In this document: one piece after another, positions 32,421 to 44,123 of the stretch
Layout of the letters: every line of letters starts with the position of its first letter
Position numbering within the stretch: position 1 is the first letter of the stretch
NCBI GenBank assembly: GCA_963734545.1
Contig: CAVTHO010000006.1
Span: 320,001-384,000 of the forward strand
Direction: 5' to 3'
Source: an uncultured Spirochaetota bacterium
Lineage (GTDB): Bacteria; Spirochaetota; Spirochaetia; SZUA-6; Fen-1364
Length of the DNA: 64,000 bases
Program-made: the position numbers and the translations under genes
Notes under the pieces: model-generated
Seen by the model: only the letters and a program-made list of their open reading frames with translations
Database searches by the model: none
What the model was told of the DNA's origin: nothing

Positions 32421-35373
32421 ATGCCTCGAACGCGCGGCCCGGCCACAGCTGGCGTGTTCGTGGGGAGAGCGGCCGAGATAGGCTTTCTCCGCCGCACATG
32501 GAAGCACACCGTTTCGGGAAACGGAGGAGTCGTTGCCGTCAGCGGTGAGCCTGGAATCGGCAAGACACGCCTTCTGGATTTCATGGCCGAAGCGCTCGGA
32601 ACGAGACCGCTGGTCCTCAAGGGCGGCTACATGGACGAGAAGGAGGCTCCTCCGTTCCTCGGCTGGCAGGAAGTGGTGCGCTCCCTCCTCGCCGGCCTTT
32701 CTCCCCGAAAGCTTCATGGACTCCTTGTTGACGATGCTGCCGCGATCCGCGAGCTGGTCGGGGGCTCGCTGAAGACCGCCGGGCGGCGGAGCAGTCCCAC
32801 GCCGCCGAGCGCACCTACTCCACAATTCCGGCGCTACAGGGCGGTTGCTGATGTGCTCGCGCGCGCCTCTGTTCATCGGCCCGTGCTGCTCATCCTGGAC
32901 GACCTTCAGTGGGCGGATGCGCCGTCGCTTGCGCTGCTCCGATTCCTCGCACGCGAGCTTCGGCAGTCGCGTATCCTTATCCTGACGGCCTACCGCGAGC
33001 GCGGGCTCGGGCAGGAGCATCCGCTTCGCCGTGCCCTCGGTGAGCTCGCCCGCTTGCCGTTCTGCCACCGCCTTGTCCTGGGGGGATTCTCGCCCGCGGA
33101 GGTGGGGAAGTACCTGCGCGCCGCCTCGGGCAGCGCGCCGTCAGCACGCATTGTAGCCGCGCTCATGAAAAAGACGGCGGGCAATCCATTCTTTGTTTCA
33201 GAGCTCGCGAGGATGCTCCGGGGGAAGCCGGCAGGAGACGCTGCCCTTCCCCTGCCGCCGAAAGCGCAGGACCTGATCAGGTTGTGGATTGACGGGCTGT
33301 CGCGGCGCGCCAGGCACACGCTTGTGGTGGCCGCAATCCTGGGCCAGGCGTTCGCCCTCGATTCCCTGCGGGCCTGCCTCGACGCAACTCAGAGACTCGT
33401 TGTCGCCGACCTCAGCGAGGCAGCGGCCATGGGGCTCCTGGTCGAAGAGCAGGGACACCGCAGGGGTTGGAGATTCGTGCACGACCTTGTGCGCGAGAAC
33501 CTGCTGTCCGGGTTGACCTCGTCTGAACGAGCGGAGCTCCATGCCCGAGCAGCGGACCGATTGCAGGCGTTCTACAAGGGCGGGGCGGCCGAGCATGCGC
33601 TGGAGCTCGCCGGTCATCTCCGACGCGCGGCGAGCATCAGGGGCGTGCACGAATACGTCCGTTACGTCCTGATTGCAGGAGAGAAAGCATTGACGCTGCG
33701 CGGGTACGAGTCCGCGGAAGAGATCTACGCCCGGGCACTTTCGACTCTTCCGGATTCGCGATCTGAAGAGGAAAGCGCGGAGCTTCTCTTCGGACTTGGC
33801 CGCGCCAGGGCCGCGCTGAACAAGCCGGAGGAAGCCATGGAGGCTCTGAGCGCGGCGTTCGAGCGGTTTGTAAACGCGGGCCGTGTCGAGCGGGCAATAG
33901 AGGCAGCGGAGCATCCCTTCCTGGTGTCATTTCGAAAACCCGGGGAAGCACTGTTGTGCCGCCGCGCACTCTCCCTGGCTCCTGCCGGATCGCTGAATGC
34001 CCGGCAAGCTCCAGGGCCAGCTCGGCCTCGCCCTCGCCCAGGAGGAGCGCAATTATCCGGAGGCGAGGATTGCCCAGGCGGCAGCGCTTCGGCTTGCCCG
34101 TCGTCATGCCGACAGGCTCCTGGAGATGCAGTCACTCCTGCTTGGCGCGTTCATAGACCGGGAGGAGTTTTTCCTTCCGCGCAGCCTCGCCCAGAGCGTA
34201 AAGGCTCTCTCACTCGCCGCCCGCGTGCCGGATCCCGTTCGAATCACGGTTGGCCACCACCTTGCGCAGGAAGCCCTGCTCGCCGCGGGGGAGTTTGAGG
34301 AGGGACGCCGCCATGCCGACCAATCCCTTCGCTCGGCGGAGACGGTCCGTGACCGCGTCTGGCTCGGGCTCGCCTATGACTCCTCCCAGCGCTACCAGGC
34401 GGCGCGAGGGAACGCAGAAGCTGCTCGCCGTCTGAGCGATCTGGGTCTGCAGCTCGAGCCGTCCAATCCATTTCACCTTGCGCTCCGGATACGCCTGGAG
34501 CTGGATTGGGGGACACCGGGCGCATGGGAAAGCCTTCTGCGCACATTCCTCGAAGGGCTGAAGCGAAAGACGACTGGGCTCCTCCGAAGCCAGCAGCTGC
34601 AGCTTGCCTCTCTTGCCGTGGTGCTCCCCCTGGTGTACGCGAGGTCCGGGGACGAAAGACTGCTGGACACGGCCGAGGCGGCGGCGCGGCAGGTACTCTC
34701 GTTCCCCCTCGCGACTCCCGAGTGGAGGCTGCGCGCCGTGAGCTGCGCCGGACTCGCGGCCGCGGCCCGGAAAGACGCGGCTTCCTCCGGTGAGTGGTAT
34801 CGGCGGCTGGCGGGCCTCACCTACCGCGAGTCAGCGCCGATCCTCGTCTTCTGCCGCGGCAGCCTGACCTTTCTCCAGTGGCAGCTAGGAACAATGGCGC
34901 GCGCCGCCGGCCTGCAGGACAAGGCTGTCCAGCACTTCCGGTCAGCGTTGACGGATGCACTCCGCGCGCCGCACGAGCCGGAAGCGGCGAGGGTCCGTCA
35001 CGACCTGGCGAGCATCCTCATCGAGATTGGGGGGGCAGGGGGCAGCGAGGAGGCTGCCGGGCTCCTGAAGGAATCGATCGAATCAGCCCGTCGCCTCGGC
35101 CTGGATCACCTCGGCGCCTCTTCAGCCGCGATGCTGGAGGCGACCGACCGAAGGTCCGGCGCGGTGGTGGCCCTGACGAAGCGGGAAACCGATGTGCTGC
35201 GTCTCGTTGCAAAAGGCCGGACCAACAAGGAAATCGCGGCGGAGCTTTTTATCGCCGAACGAACCGCGGGGAATCACGTCGGCAACATCTTGTTGAAGAT
35301 CGGGTGCGGAAACCGCGTGGAAGCCGCGGCGTACGCGCACCAGAATGGCCTGGTTCCGCGGGTCGGGAATTGA
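32421..35373 (+). CDS. AAA-ATPase (STAND) / TPR / LuxR transcriptional regulator (frameshift near 34000)
   Basis: FVGRAAE, GEPGIGKT, LDDLQWAD, TAGNPFF, FVHDLVR; C-terminal LTKRETDVL...NKEIAAELFI. Confidence 0.85.
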
Positions 35374-35392
35374 GCGCACTCCTGGAGCGGCT

Positions 35393-36133
35393 TCAGCGCG
35401 GCTGCATGTGACCGCACGCCGGGCAGTCCGGGTCGCGCGGTATCTCCAGCTCTTCGAAGCTCATCTGAAGACCGTCGAACGCCAGGAGCGTCCCCTTGAG
35501 CAGCCTCCCGAGGCCGGCGAGCAGCTTGATTGCCTCGACGGCCTGGAGCAGGCCGATCACGCCCGGGGTCACGCCGATGACCGGCGTGATCCCGGAAGTC
35601 ACGCGTCCGCGATACAGGCACATCAGGCACGGTGTCACACCGGGCACGATCGTCATCACCTGGCCAAAGAAGCCGAGGGCCGCGCCGTGCACAATGGGCA
35701 CACCCAGGGCGATTGCCGCCCGGTTGACCGCATACCGGGTCGGAAGATTGTCCAGGGCATCGATGATTGCATCGCATCCCTTGATGAGCGCAGGCAGGCT
35801 TCCCTCATCCATTCGCACGAAATGAGGCTCGACCTTGACGTCCCTGTTCAGCTCCCCGATCCTCCGCGCCATTGCCTCGACCTTGGGGCTGCCGATGTCG
35901 CGATCGGAATACACGACCTGCCGGTTCAGGTTGCTGAGCTCGACCACTCCCTCATCGACGATGCGCAACCGCCCCACTCCTGCCGCTGCGAGATACACGG
36001 ACACGCTGCATCCCAGGCCGCCCGCGCCCGCGACGAGCACGGCGGCTCTCGCGAGCCTCTCCTGTTGCGGCTCCCCGAAGCCGTCCATGCGCAGTTGCCG
36101 CGCGTATCGTTCCTTCTCAGATTCGCTCAGCAT
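35393..36133 (-). CDS. moeB: MoeB/ThiF family adenylyltransferase
   Basis: RYARQ, GAGGLG, ELSNLNRQ, CLMC and CPAC Zn motifs. Confidence 0.85.
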   Translation of the reverse strand: MLSESEKERYARQLRMDGFGEPQQERLARAAVLVAGAGGLGCSVSVYLAAAGVGRLRIVDEGVVELSNLNRQVVYSDRDIGSPKVEAMARRIGELNRDVKVEPHFVRMDEGSLPALIKGCDAIIDALDNLPTRYAVNRAAIALGVPIVHGAALGFFGQVMTIVPGVTPCLMCLYRGRVTSGITPVIGVTPGVIGLLQAVEAIKLLAGLGRLLKGTLLAFDGLQMSFEELEIPRDPDCPACGHMQPR

Positions 36134-36190
36134 GACGCACCATCCTCGCATCACTGGCGCGGCCCGCGCAAGGTCTGGTAGAATGGGACC

Positions 36191-36428
36191 ATGGCCGTCA
36201 GCAGCGTCGAGGTGCGTCTCTACGCTTCCCTCCGGAAGTGGCGTCCGAGCTCCCTCAGGTTCGTATGAGCTCGCTGGCAGCATGACCGTGAGTGACCTGG
36301 TGAGGCAGAACGGCATCCCGGAAAGCGAGATCGCGATCGTTTTCATCAACGGGAAACGCGGACAGCTTGCATCGACGCTCGCCACCGGGGACACGGTGAG
36401 CCTGTTCCCGCTCATCGGGGGCGGATAG
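36191..36428 (+). CDS. moaD: MoaD/ThiS sulfur carrier (frameshifted)
   Basis: VEVRLYASLRK...IVFING...GDTVSLFPLIGGG with C-terminal GG. Confidence 0.78.
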
Positions 36429-36432
36429 CGTC

Positions 36433-37557
36433 ATGAAACCGCCGTTCGACGCCGGGAAGCTCGACCGGCTTATGGAGGAAGCCGGCCTCTCCCTGGTGCT
36501 TGCGCATACCCGGCACAACGTGCGGTACCTGTCGGGCGGGTACTACTACCATTTCCACGCCAACTTCACGCGCATGGGAAGAAGCCAGTACCTCCCATTC
36601 GTCGGGATCCCGAGGGGACGGATACAGGAGGCGTTCTATGTGGCTCGGGATGAGGAGCGCGGCCAGCTCGAGACCGAATCTCCCTGGTTTCCCACGCGCA
36701 TCGAGGCGGTCAGAGGCACGGTGACCGCGGCCGAAGGCGCCGTAAAAGGCCTGCGGCAGCTCGGCCTGACCCTGGCCGGATCGGAGTGGAGACCCCGTTC
36801 CTTCCCGCGGACGCCTGGCTCGCCCTGCGCGCCGAGCTCCCTCGGGTGGAGCTCGTCGATGCCACTCCCCTCCTGAACGAGCTGCGGGCCGTGAAGAGCG
36901 AAGCGGAGCTCGAGACAATGAGAAAGGCGTATGCCGGCGTCGCCGAGTCGATACAGGCCGCCTTTCGGAGCAGCGGTCCGGGCGACACGACACGGAAGAT
37001 CGCGCAGCGCGTCGAGCGGGAGATCGCCTCGCGGGACCTCTCCTTCCTGTTCGCGTTCGTGTGCGCCGGCCCGAGCTTCCTGCGTGCCCCGTCATCTGCC
37101 ACGTGGGATTCCGGACAGATCCTGCACATCGACGCGGGCGGCTCGCTGCAGGACTATATCGGCGATATCTGCCGCATGGGCTGCGCCGGGAAACCCGCGC
37201 CGCTGGCGAACGAGCTGTACGAGGCATGCATCGCCGTGCAGAACGAATGTGCGCGGCATGATCCGGGCAGGGGTGCCCTGTCGGGACGTCCTGGCGGCCG
37301 GAGAGCGCGCGTCGCGCGCATACGGCTTCTCCCGGTATGCGCGATTCGTCGTGCATTCGATCGGCATGGTTTCCTATGAGCAGCCCGAGTTCACTCCCGA
37401 CAATCCGCGGCCGCTGGAAGAGGGCATGGTGCTGTCGGTCGAGACTGATTTCCTCCACCCCGAGGTCGGGCACGTGAAGATAGAGGATGCCGTCGTGGTC
37501 CACGAATCAGGCTGCGAAGGCCTCGGGGATATCGGCAGGGAGTGGCAGATTGTCTGA
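36433..37557 (+). CDS. M24 (Xaa-Pro peptidase/creatinase fold) hydrolase (frameshifted)
   Basis: NVRYLSG, LRAVKSEAELE, HIDAGG..YIGDICR, HSIG, LSVETD, VKIED. Confidence 0.8.
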
Positions 37558-37624
37558 CTGGGCGCTGCCAGGCAACCCATAACTCCAACCAGGCCCCGAA
37601 AATAGCCGCTATTTCCTTTTTTTC

Positions 37625-37688
37625 TTGACAGCGCTCTTCTAGCGGCCATATAATGCCGTAATATTACCGATATATCGCAAATATATCA
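37625..37688 (+). promoter_or_regulatory. Consensus sigma70 promoter with adjacent palindromic operator candidates
   Basis: TTGACA-18 bp-TATAAT; palindromes GTAATATTAC (37658-67) and CGATATATCG (37668-77). Confidence 0.75.
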
Positions 37689-37713
37689 GAGCGTATGGAG
37701 GGTTCGCCAGACG

Positions 37714-38403
37714 ATGAGTGAACAGGGCATTGCTCAGGTCGAGGCTCCAGCAAACAATAAAAAGAGCAGGATCTACGAGCTTTTGAAGGAGCGCATCGTC
37801 AAGAATGAGCTGAAGCCCCAGGAATACCTGAACGAGCAGGTTATCGCCAGGGATCTTGGCGTCAGCAAGACTCCGGTCAGGGAGGCGCTCCAGAAACTGG
37901 AGCATGAGCGGCTGGTCGTCATCATCCCGAACAAGGGGACATTCGTCGCCAACGTCAGCATCGACAGGATCCGCGAAGTCTTCGAGATCAGGGAGATCCT
38001 CGAATGCGCCGCTGCGCGACTGGCGGCAAAGCTCCCCGCGAGGGAGCAGTTCGTTTCGATCCTCGACAGCCACCCCTCGTTCACGATCAGTGACGGAGCA
38101 GAGCTGCGCGAGCAGTTCCTGTCCGGATACCAGATTCACACCCGCATCGTCGAGGCCGCGGAGAACAGTTACCTCACGGATTACTACGAGAACATCCTCG
38201 CGCACATCGTCCAGGTGCGCGTCTTTTTCATCCGCCGGTTTGGGATGAGGCGCCTGCATGAGACCGTCGAAGAGCACCGCGTGATACTCAAGGCGATCGT
38301 CGATGGTGACGCGGAGAAGGCGGAGACAGCGATGCGCGACCATCTCAAGCGGTCCCTGGTGAACATCAACCAGCTCATGCTGGGAAGCGGGGGAGAGATA
38401 TGA
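37714..38403 (+). CDS. GntR (FCD) transcriptional regulator
   Basis: LGVSKTPVREAL HTH; EEHRVILKAI...AMRDHL. Confidence 0.92.
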   Translation: MSEQGIAQVEAPANNKKSRIYELLKERIVKNELKPQEYLNEQVIARDLGVSKTPVREALQKLEHERLVVIIPNKGTFVANVSIDRIREVFEIREILECAAARLAAKLPAREQFVSILDSHPSFTISDGAELREQFLSGYQIHTRIVEAAENSYLTDYYENILAHIVQVRVFFIRRFGMRRLHETVEEHRVILKAIVDGDAEKAETAMRDHLKRSLVNINQLMLGSGGEI

Positions 38404-39071
38404 TCCACGTTCGCAGGGAGACGCGCCGGCCCGACGCCGCGATCATCGAGGCTTTCCGCGAGCTGGCTGTTGCGACCGTCTATGAGGCTTCCGGTCGGAA
38501 AGGCTACATCGGGAACGCGGTCAGGCCGATCGCACCGGGAACCCGTATCTGCGGCCCGGCCTACACGGTCCAGTGCGCGCCGGGGGACAACCTGATGCTG
38601 CACAAGGCCCTGCAGCGCGCCGCGCCGGGTGACGTCCTTGTCGCGGCCGCCGGCGGGGCGTACGAGTTCGGCTATTGGGGAGCCCTGATGGCGTCCGCGG
38701 CGGTCGCGCGGAAGCTCGGCGGCCTGGCCATCGACGCATGCGTGCGCGACTCGGCCGAGATCCGGGACATGGGCTTCCCCTTGTTCTGCCGGGGGTTCTG
38801 CATCCGCGGGACCACGAAGGCCGTCCTGGGACTGATCAACTACCCGCTGAACTTCAGCCAGGCCACGATCTTCCCGGGCGATCTCGTGCTCGGTGACGAT
38901 GACGGCATGGTGGTCGTGCGGCTGGATGACTGCAAGGAGGTGCTGGAGAGCTCCTTGAAGAGGGTCAGCGCCGAGGAATCGAAGGTGAAGCAGCTGAAGG
39001 CCGGCGTATCGAGCGTCGAGCTGAACAGCCTCGACAAGGTGTTCGAGTCTCTCGGGCTCGGCGAGGAGTAA
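38400..39071 (+). CDS. ligK: 4-carboxy-4-hydroxy-2-oxoadipate/HMG aldolase (LigK-type RraA family)
   Basis: VATVYEA, PGDNLMLH, GYWG, VRD, GDDDG and the LigK-like C-terminal extension (223 aa). Confidence 0.75.
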   Translation: MIHVRRETRRPDAAIIEAFRELAVATVYEASGRKGYIGNAVRPIAPGTRICGPAYTVQCAPGDNLMLHKALQRAAPGDVLVAAAGGAYEFGYWGALMASAAVARKLGGLAIDACVRDSAEIRDMGFPLFCRGFCIRGTTKAVLGLINYPLNFSQATIFPGDLVLGDDDGMVVVRLDDCKEVLESSLKRVSAEESKVKQLKAGVSSVELNSLDKVFESLGLGEE

Positions 39072-39078
39072 GAACCGC

Positions 39079-40126
39079 ATGAGGGTGAGCGAGAAAGCGC
39101 TCCTGGACTCCACGCAGGAGATACTCGTCCGGCTGGGCGAGGATCAGGCGAACGCAGTGCTCGCTGCCGCGGCCCTCGTCGGTGCCGATATGCGGGGCGT
39201 CACCACGCACGGCGTGAACCTGCTGCGCCTGGTGTCACAGCGGGTGGAGGCGGGCATGCTCGCTCTTCCCACGCGCATTGAAACGCTGAAGGAGGATGCC
39301 GCCACCGCGATCCTGGACGGGAACAATGGGCTCGGGCAGGTTGCGGCATGCCGGGGCATCGGCCCTGAGCGCGGCGAAGGCGAAGCAGGCCGGCCTGGGC
39401 ATGGTGGTGGTGCGCAACACCAACAACCTGGGAGCCCTCGGCTACTACACCGCGCAGGCCGCTTCCCGAGACGGGGTCGTCGCAATCCTCATGACAAACG
39501 GGAACCCCTCCGTGGCGCCCTTCGGCAGCGCGGATCCGTTTTTCGGGACCAACCCTGTGTCCATCGCCATTCCCTCGGCAGGAGGCCGCCCCCTCGTGCT
39601 GGACATGTCGTCGAGCGTCGTGGCCCGGGGAAAGATCCGCGTCGCCGCCACCAGCGGTGAGAACATTCCATTGGGGTGGGCCTGCGACGAGAACGGCGAG
39701 CCCACGACAGATCCGAAGCGCGCGCTGAAAGGCTCCCTGCTCCCACTCGGCGGACCCAAGGGCTCGGGTCTCGCCATGATGATCGACATCCTCTCCGGGG
39801 TGCTCTCCGGCTCTTCGTATGGCCGCGGGCTGAAGAGCTTCCATGAGCTGGACGGGCCGACCGGCGTGGGGACCTGCGTCATCGCCATCGATATCGGCCG
39901 GTTCGTGGATCCGGGCGTCTTTGCGGAGACGATCGGAGCATACGTGCAGGACATCAAGGGACTGAGAAGGCGGTCCGGAATCGAAGAGATCCTTGTGCCC
40001 GGCGAGGTGGAGAGCCTCAAGGAAGAGGAGAACCGGCGCCTGGGGATCGAAGTTCCCGAACCGGTCGCGAAGAGCATGAACGAAATCCTCGCGAAGCTCG
40101 GCGCACGAGCGAGGATCGGCTCATGA
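39079..40126 (+). CDS. Ldh_2 family 2-hydroxyacid oxidoreductase (frameshift near 39350)
   Basis: ADMRGVTTHG, DGNNGLGQ, FGTNP, LDMSSS, GGPKGSGL, PGEVE. Confidence 0.87.
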
Positions 40127-41858
40127 ACACGGTCATCCGCGTGAACACGCGCAGCCGGCAAGGTCACTTCGCACCCCGTCACCGCCGAGGAGACGAGGTG
40201 GGGCGGAAGGTCCTTCATCGCGCACCTGCTCCTGCGCGAGGTGCCGCCGACCTGCGAGCCCACCGGCCGGCACAACAAGCTCATCGTGGCTTCAGGGCTG
40301 CTCGCGGACACCGGCGTTACAACCACCGGACAGCTTTCCATTGGAGGGAAGAGCCCGCTCACCGGCGGAGTAAAAGAGTGCAACACCGGCGGCGCCGCGG
40401 GAAAGCGGCTTGCCCGGCTGGGCATCCGCGCCGTGGTGATCGAGGATACCCCGGCGGCACCGGCCACGGACGTCGTGGTGATCAGCGCGCGCGGATCGCA
40501 CCTGGAGCCCTTCCCCGAGCTGAAGGGGAAGCTCGTCGACGAGACGGTGGCGGCGCTGCGCGCGAAGTACGGCCGGACCGTCGGCATCCTCTGTATCGGC
40601 CCTGCCGGTGAGCTGATGATGTACGGCGCAGGGATCGCCTCTCCCGACAGTGACAGCGTGCAGATCAGGTACGCCGGCCGCGGCGGCCTGGGCGCGTTGA
40701 TGGGATCCAAAGGGGTCAAGGCCATCGTCGTCGATGACACGGACTCCACCTATCGGGCGGAGCCGCACGATCCCGAGCTGCTCACGCGCACATCCAGGTG
40801 GATGAATGACGCGCTCAAGGCTGATCCGAAAACCGAGAACCGTCACCTCTACGGCACGGATGCGATCCTCGCCCTGGCAAACGCCTCTGGCCTGCTGCCG
40901 ACGAGGAACTTCTCCAGCGGGAGCTTCGAAAAGGCGGACGATATCGCGGGCGAGCGGCTTCGCGCGGAGATCCTGGCGCGCGGCGGGGAGGGCAGGGCAG
41001 GCACCTCGTGCGTGCCTGGCTGCGTGATCCAGTGCTGCAACGTCTTTCCCGACAAGAGCGGACGGAAGACCGTCGCATCCATCCAGTACGAGAATATCTC
41101 CCTGCTCGGCTCCAACTGCGGCATCGGGAGCCTCGACGACATCGCCGAGATGAACCATCTCTGCAACCAGGTCGGTGTGGACGCCATCGAGACGGGCGCG
41201 GCAATCGGCGTGGCCATGGAAGCGGGGATCCTCCCGTTCGGGGACGCCGAGGCGGCCAAGGACCTGATCCGCCAGATCGGCAGCGGCACGTATCTCGGCC
41301 GCATTCTCGGGCACGGCGCGCTGCTCGCCGGCCGCGTGCTCGGCGTGCGCCGGATTCCCGTGATCAAGGGACAGGCCATTCCCGGCTACGATCCGCGGGC
41401 GCTCAAGGGAAACGGCGTCACCTACGTCACCTCCCCCATGGGCGCCGACCACACGGCGGGCAACGCGTTCGAGACGCTGAAGACCCTGGACCCGCTGAAG
41501 CCGGCCGGGCAGGTGGCGGCCTCCCGGAGACTTCAGGTCCGGGCAGCCTTGCTGGACACGCCTCGGGCTCTGTCTTTTCGTGCGGCCGCCGTTCGTCAAG
41601 AAGCCCGAGATGTTCGCCAACCTGCTCAACGGCCGGTATGGCTGGGACATGACGGTGCACGACGTGCTCTCCCTCGCCCACGAGGTGATCATGACCGAGC
41701 GTGAGTTCAACCGGCGCGCGGGCGCATCCGAGGAGTTCCACCCGATGCCGGAGTTCATGCAGGACGAGCCGTTGCCGCCGAACGACGTCGTCTTCGATGT
41801 GCCCATGGCGGAGATGCAGGCCCTGTGGGAAGGATACGCGCCCACGGACGAGTTCTAG
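40123..41858 (+). CDS. Aldehyde:ferredoxin oxidoreductase (W/Mo AOR family; frameshifted)
   Basis: GGKSPLTGGVKE, IGPAGE, AGRGGLGALMGSKGVKAI, CVPGCVIQC, YDPR, GADH. Confidence 0.88.
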
Positions 41859-41876
41859 GAGCGCGAAGGAGAAGGC

Positions 41877-42630
41877 ATGGAGCTTGAGGGGAACGTGGCG
41901 ATCGTGACGGGCGCGGGCAACGGGATTGGAGAGGCAATCGCCCGGAAGCTGTTCGCCGAGGGCGCCCGGGTGGCGCTGTGGGACATGAACTTCGAATCAG
42001 TCCAGAAGCTGGCAGCGCTGCTGGATCCGAAGGGAGACAAGGCGGCAGCCTTCAAGGTGAACGTGACCGTGGAAGCGGAAGTTCAGACCGGCGTGCGGCG
42101 AGACGGTAGAGCGGTTCGGCCGCATCGACATCCTGGTCAACAACGCCGGCATCTCCCGGCACAAGCACCATCGAGGAGATGAGCGTCGAGCTTTTCGAGC
42201 AGCGTGATCGCGGTGAACCTGACCGGGCCCTTCATCTGCTGCAAGGCCGTGGCGCCCGTGATGAAGAAGCAGAAGGGCGGGAAGATCGTCAACATCGCGT
42301 CACTCGGCGAGGCAGGACCGGGCGGCCCGGGCGTGGGCGTGAACTATGCGGCCTCGAAGGCGGGGCTGATCGGCATGACAAAGTGCCTGGCGCGCGAAGC
42401 TGGGCCGGAGCAACATCTACGTGAACGCCATCTGCCCCGGCCCCATCCTCACCGAGCAGACGAAGCAGTATTCGAAGGAAGTGTTCGCGTCGTGGAACGC
42501 GGGACGCGCGGTGCCGAAGGACGGGCTGCCCGAGGACGTGGCGGACGCGGTGGTCTACCTTTCCTCGCGGAGGGCGGACTGGGTGACAGGGGTCAGCCTC
42601 GACGTGAACGGCGGCATCTACATCAACTAG
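41877..42630 (+). CDS. Short-chain dehydrogenase/reductase (frameshifted)
   Basis: TGAGNGIG, NNAG, YAASK, VNAICPG. Confidence 0.88.
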
Positions 42631-42642
42631 GACGGAGGAGCC

Positions 42643-43010
42643 ATGGCGAAGGTGAAGGTGGTCGACATCAAGAACGTGACCGGGGAGCGGAAGGGCCCCC
42701 GCCGCGCACCTCCTGGATCCTGGTCTCGGAGAAGACGGTGGGGTCGAAGAACCTCGCCATGGGCGTGAACGAGACCGACCCGGGCAGCATGGTGCCGGAG
42801 CACAAGCACGACACCGAGGAGGAGGTGATGTTCTTCATCTCCGGCAAGGGGAAGTTCGTCACCGAGGACGAGGAGATCCCCCTCGGCCCGGGCATCTGCG
42901 TCTACAACCCTCCCGGGGGGAAGCACAAGATCGTGAACACCGGCACCGAGGTGCTGAAGTTCGTGTGGATCTACGCGCCGCAGCTGCCGTCGCACCGCGT
43001 GCAGCAGTGA
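42643..43010 (+). CDS. Cupin domain protein (frameshift near 42700)
   Basis: PEHKHDTEEEVMFFISGKG...PPGGKHKIVNTG. Confidence 0.85.
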
Positions 43011-43035
43011 CAGCGGGAAAAAGGAGAGTGAGGTC

Positions 43036-44001
43036 ATGAGCGAGTGGAAGTTCCCGCCGGGCGGCGGGCACATGGAGAAGCCTTCGAAGATCTACTACCA
43101 GACGATGACGAAGAAGGACGTCGAGGAGCGCCTGAAGGTGAACGACATTCTCCTCATCCCCTTCGCCTCCACCGAGAACCACGGCGACGCGCAGCCCTAC
43201 GGCGAGGACGGCTTCATCGTCACCCGGATGTGCGAGATGATCGCGCAGAAGACCGGCTGCACCGTGGCCGAGCCGCTCTGGTACGCATCGCACCCCTTCG
43301 CCCACCTCGGGCAGTCGGGCACCGTCCCCATCCCCGACGACCTGACCTCCGCGATAGTGCGCTCGATCGTCTCGGGCTACTGGAACGCGGGGTTCCGCAA
43401 GCAGATCCTGATGAGCAGCCACGGGCAGGAGTACATCATCCCATCCGCCATCCAGGAGTGGGCCAAGAAGTACCAGGTGCCCGCCGTGATCATCTTCCTG
43501 GACGTGATGAAGATCATGGGCGACGCGCTGAAGGACAAGGCGCACGGCGGCCCCTTCGAGACCCCCTTCCGCCACGGCGACGAGGCGGAGAACTCCATCT
43601 GCCTGGCGCTCTTCCCGGAGTTCATCCAGATGGAGAACTGCGTCGACACCAAGACATGGGGCTTCCTGCCCGAGGGCCACATCGACAAGGGCGGGGACAT
43701 CTACAACTACCCCATCCCCGGCCAGAGCCACGTCGGCGGCGGCGGTGTCGAGTTCGCCGTGTACCCGGAAGGCGTGCTGGGCAAGCCGTCGCTCGCCAAG
43801 GCCGAGAAGGCCTACGAGGCCATCGAGAACTACCTGAACTACGTGGTGAAGCTGCACAACGACATCCGGGCGAAGTTCCCTCCGGGGGTGCTTCCGGAGG
43901 CCAAGTACATGACCCAGAGGAGCGAGGAGGAGATCGATCTCCTGCTCAAGGGGCCGGACCGGGGAGGCAGGCACATCTACACGGTCGCCTGGCCGTCCTG
44001 A
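43036..44001 (+). CDS. iolN: Creatininase-family cyclic diketone hydrolase, IolN-like (3-dehydro-scyllo-inosose hydrolase)
   Basis: WKFPPGGGHMEKP..IYYQ..STENHG..GED, SSHGQE, PFRHGDE resemble Thermotoga IolN. Confidence 0.75.
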   Translation: MSEWKFPPGGGHMEKPSKIYYQTMTKKDVEERLKVNDILLIPFASTENHGDAQPYGEDGFIVTRMCEMIAQKTGCTVAEPLWYASHPFAHLGQSGTVPIPDDLTSAIVRSIVSGYWNAGFRKQILMSSHGQEYIIPSAIQEWAKKYQVPAVIIFLDVMKIMGDALKDKAHGGPFETPFRHGDEAENSICLALFPEFIQMENCVDTKTWGFLPEGHIDKGGDIYNYPIPGQSHVGGGGVEFAVYPEGVLGKPSLAKAEKAYEAIENYLNYVVKLHNDIRAKFPPGVLPEAKYMTQRSEEEIDLLLKGPDRGGRHIYTVAWPS

Positions 44002-44123
44002 GCCGCGCCCGGGAGCCGGGAAGGAGGTGGCGAGGTGAAGAAAGTCTTTCCACGTGCCGGAGAGGCAGTTCTGATTATCGGCGCGTAGCGCCGAGCTCGA
44101 AGAGTTTCCGGAAGGAGAACGAA

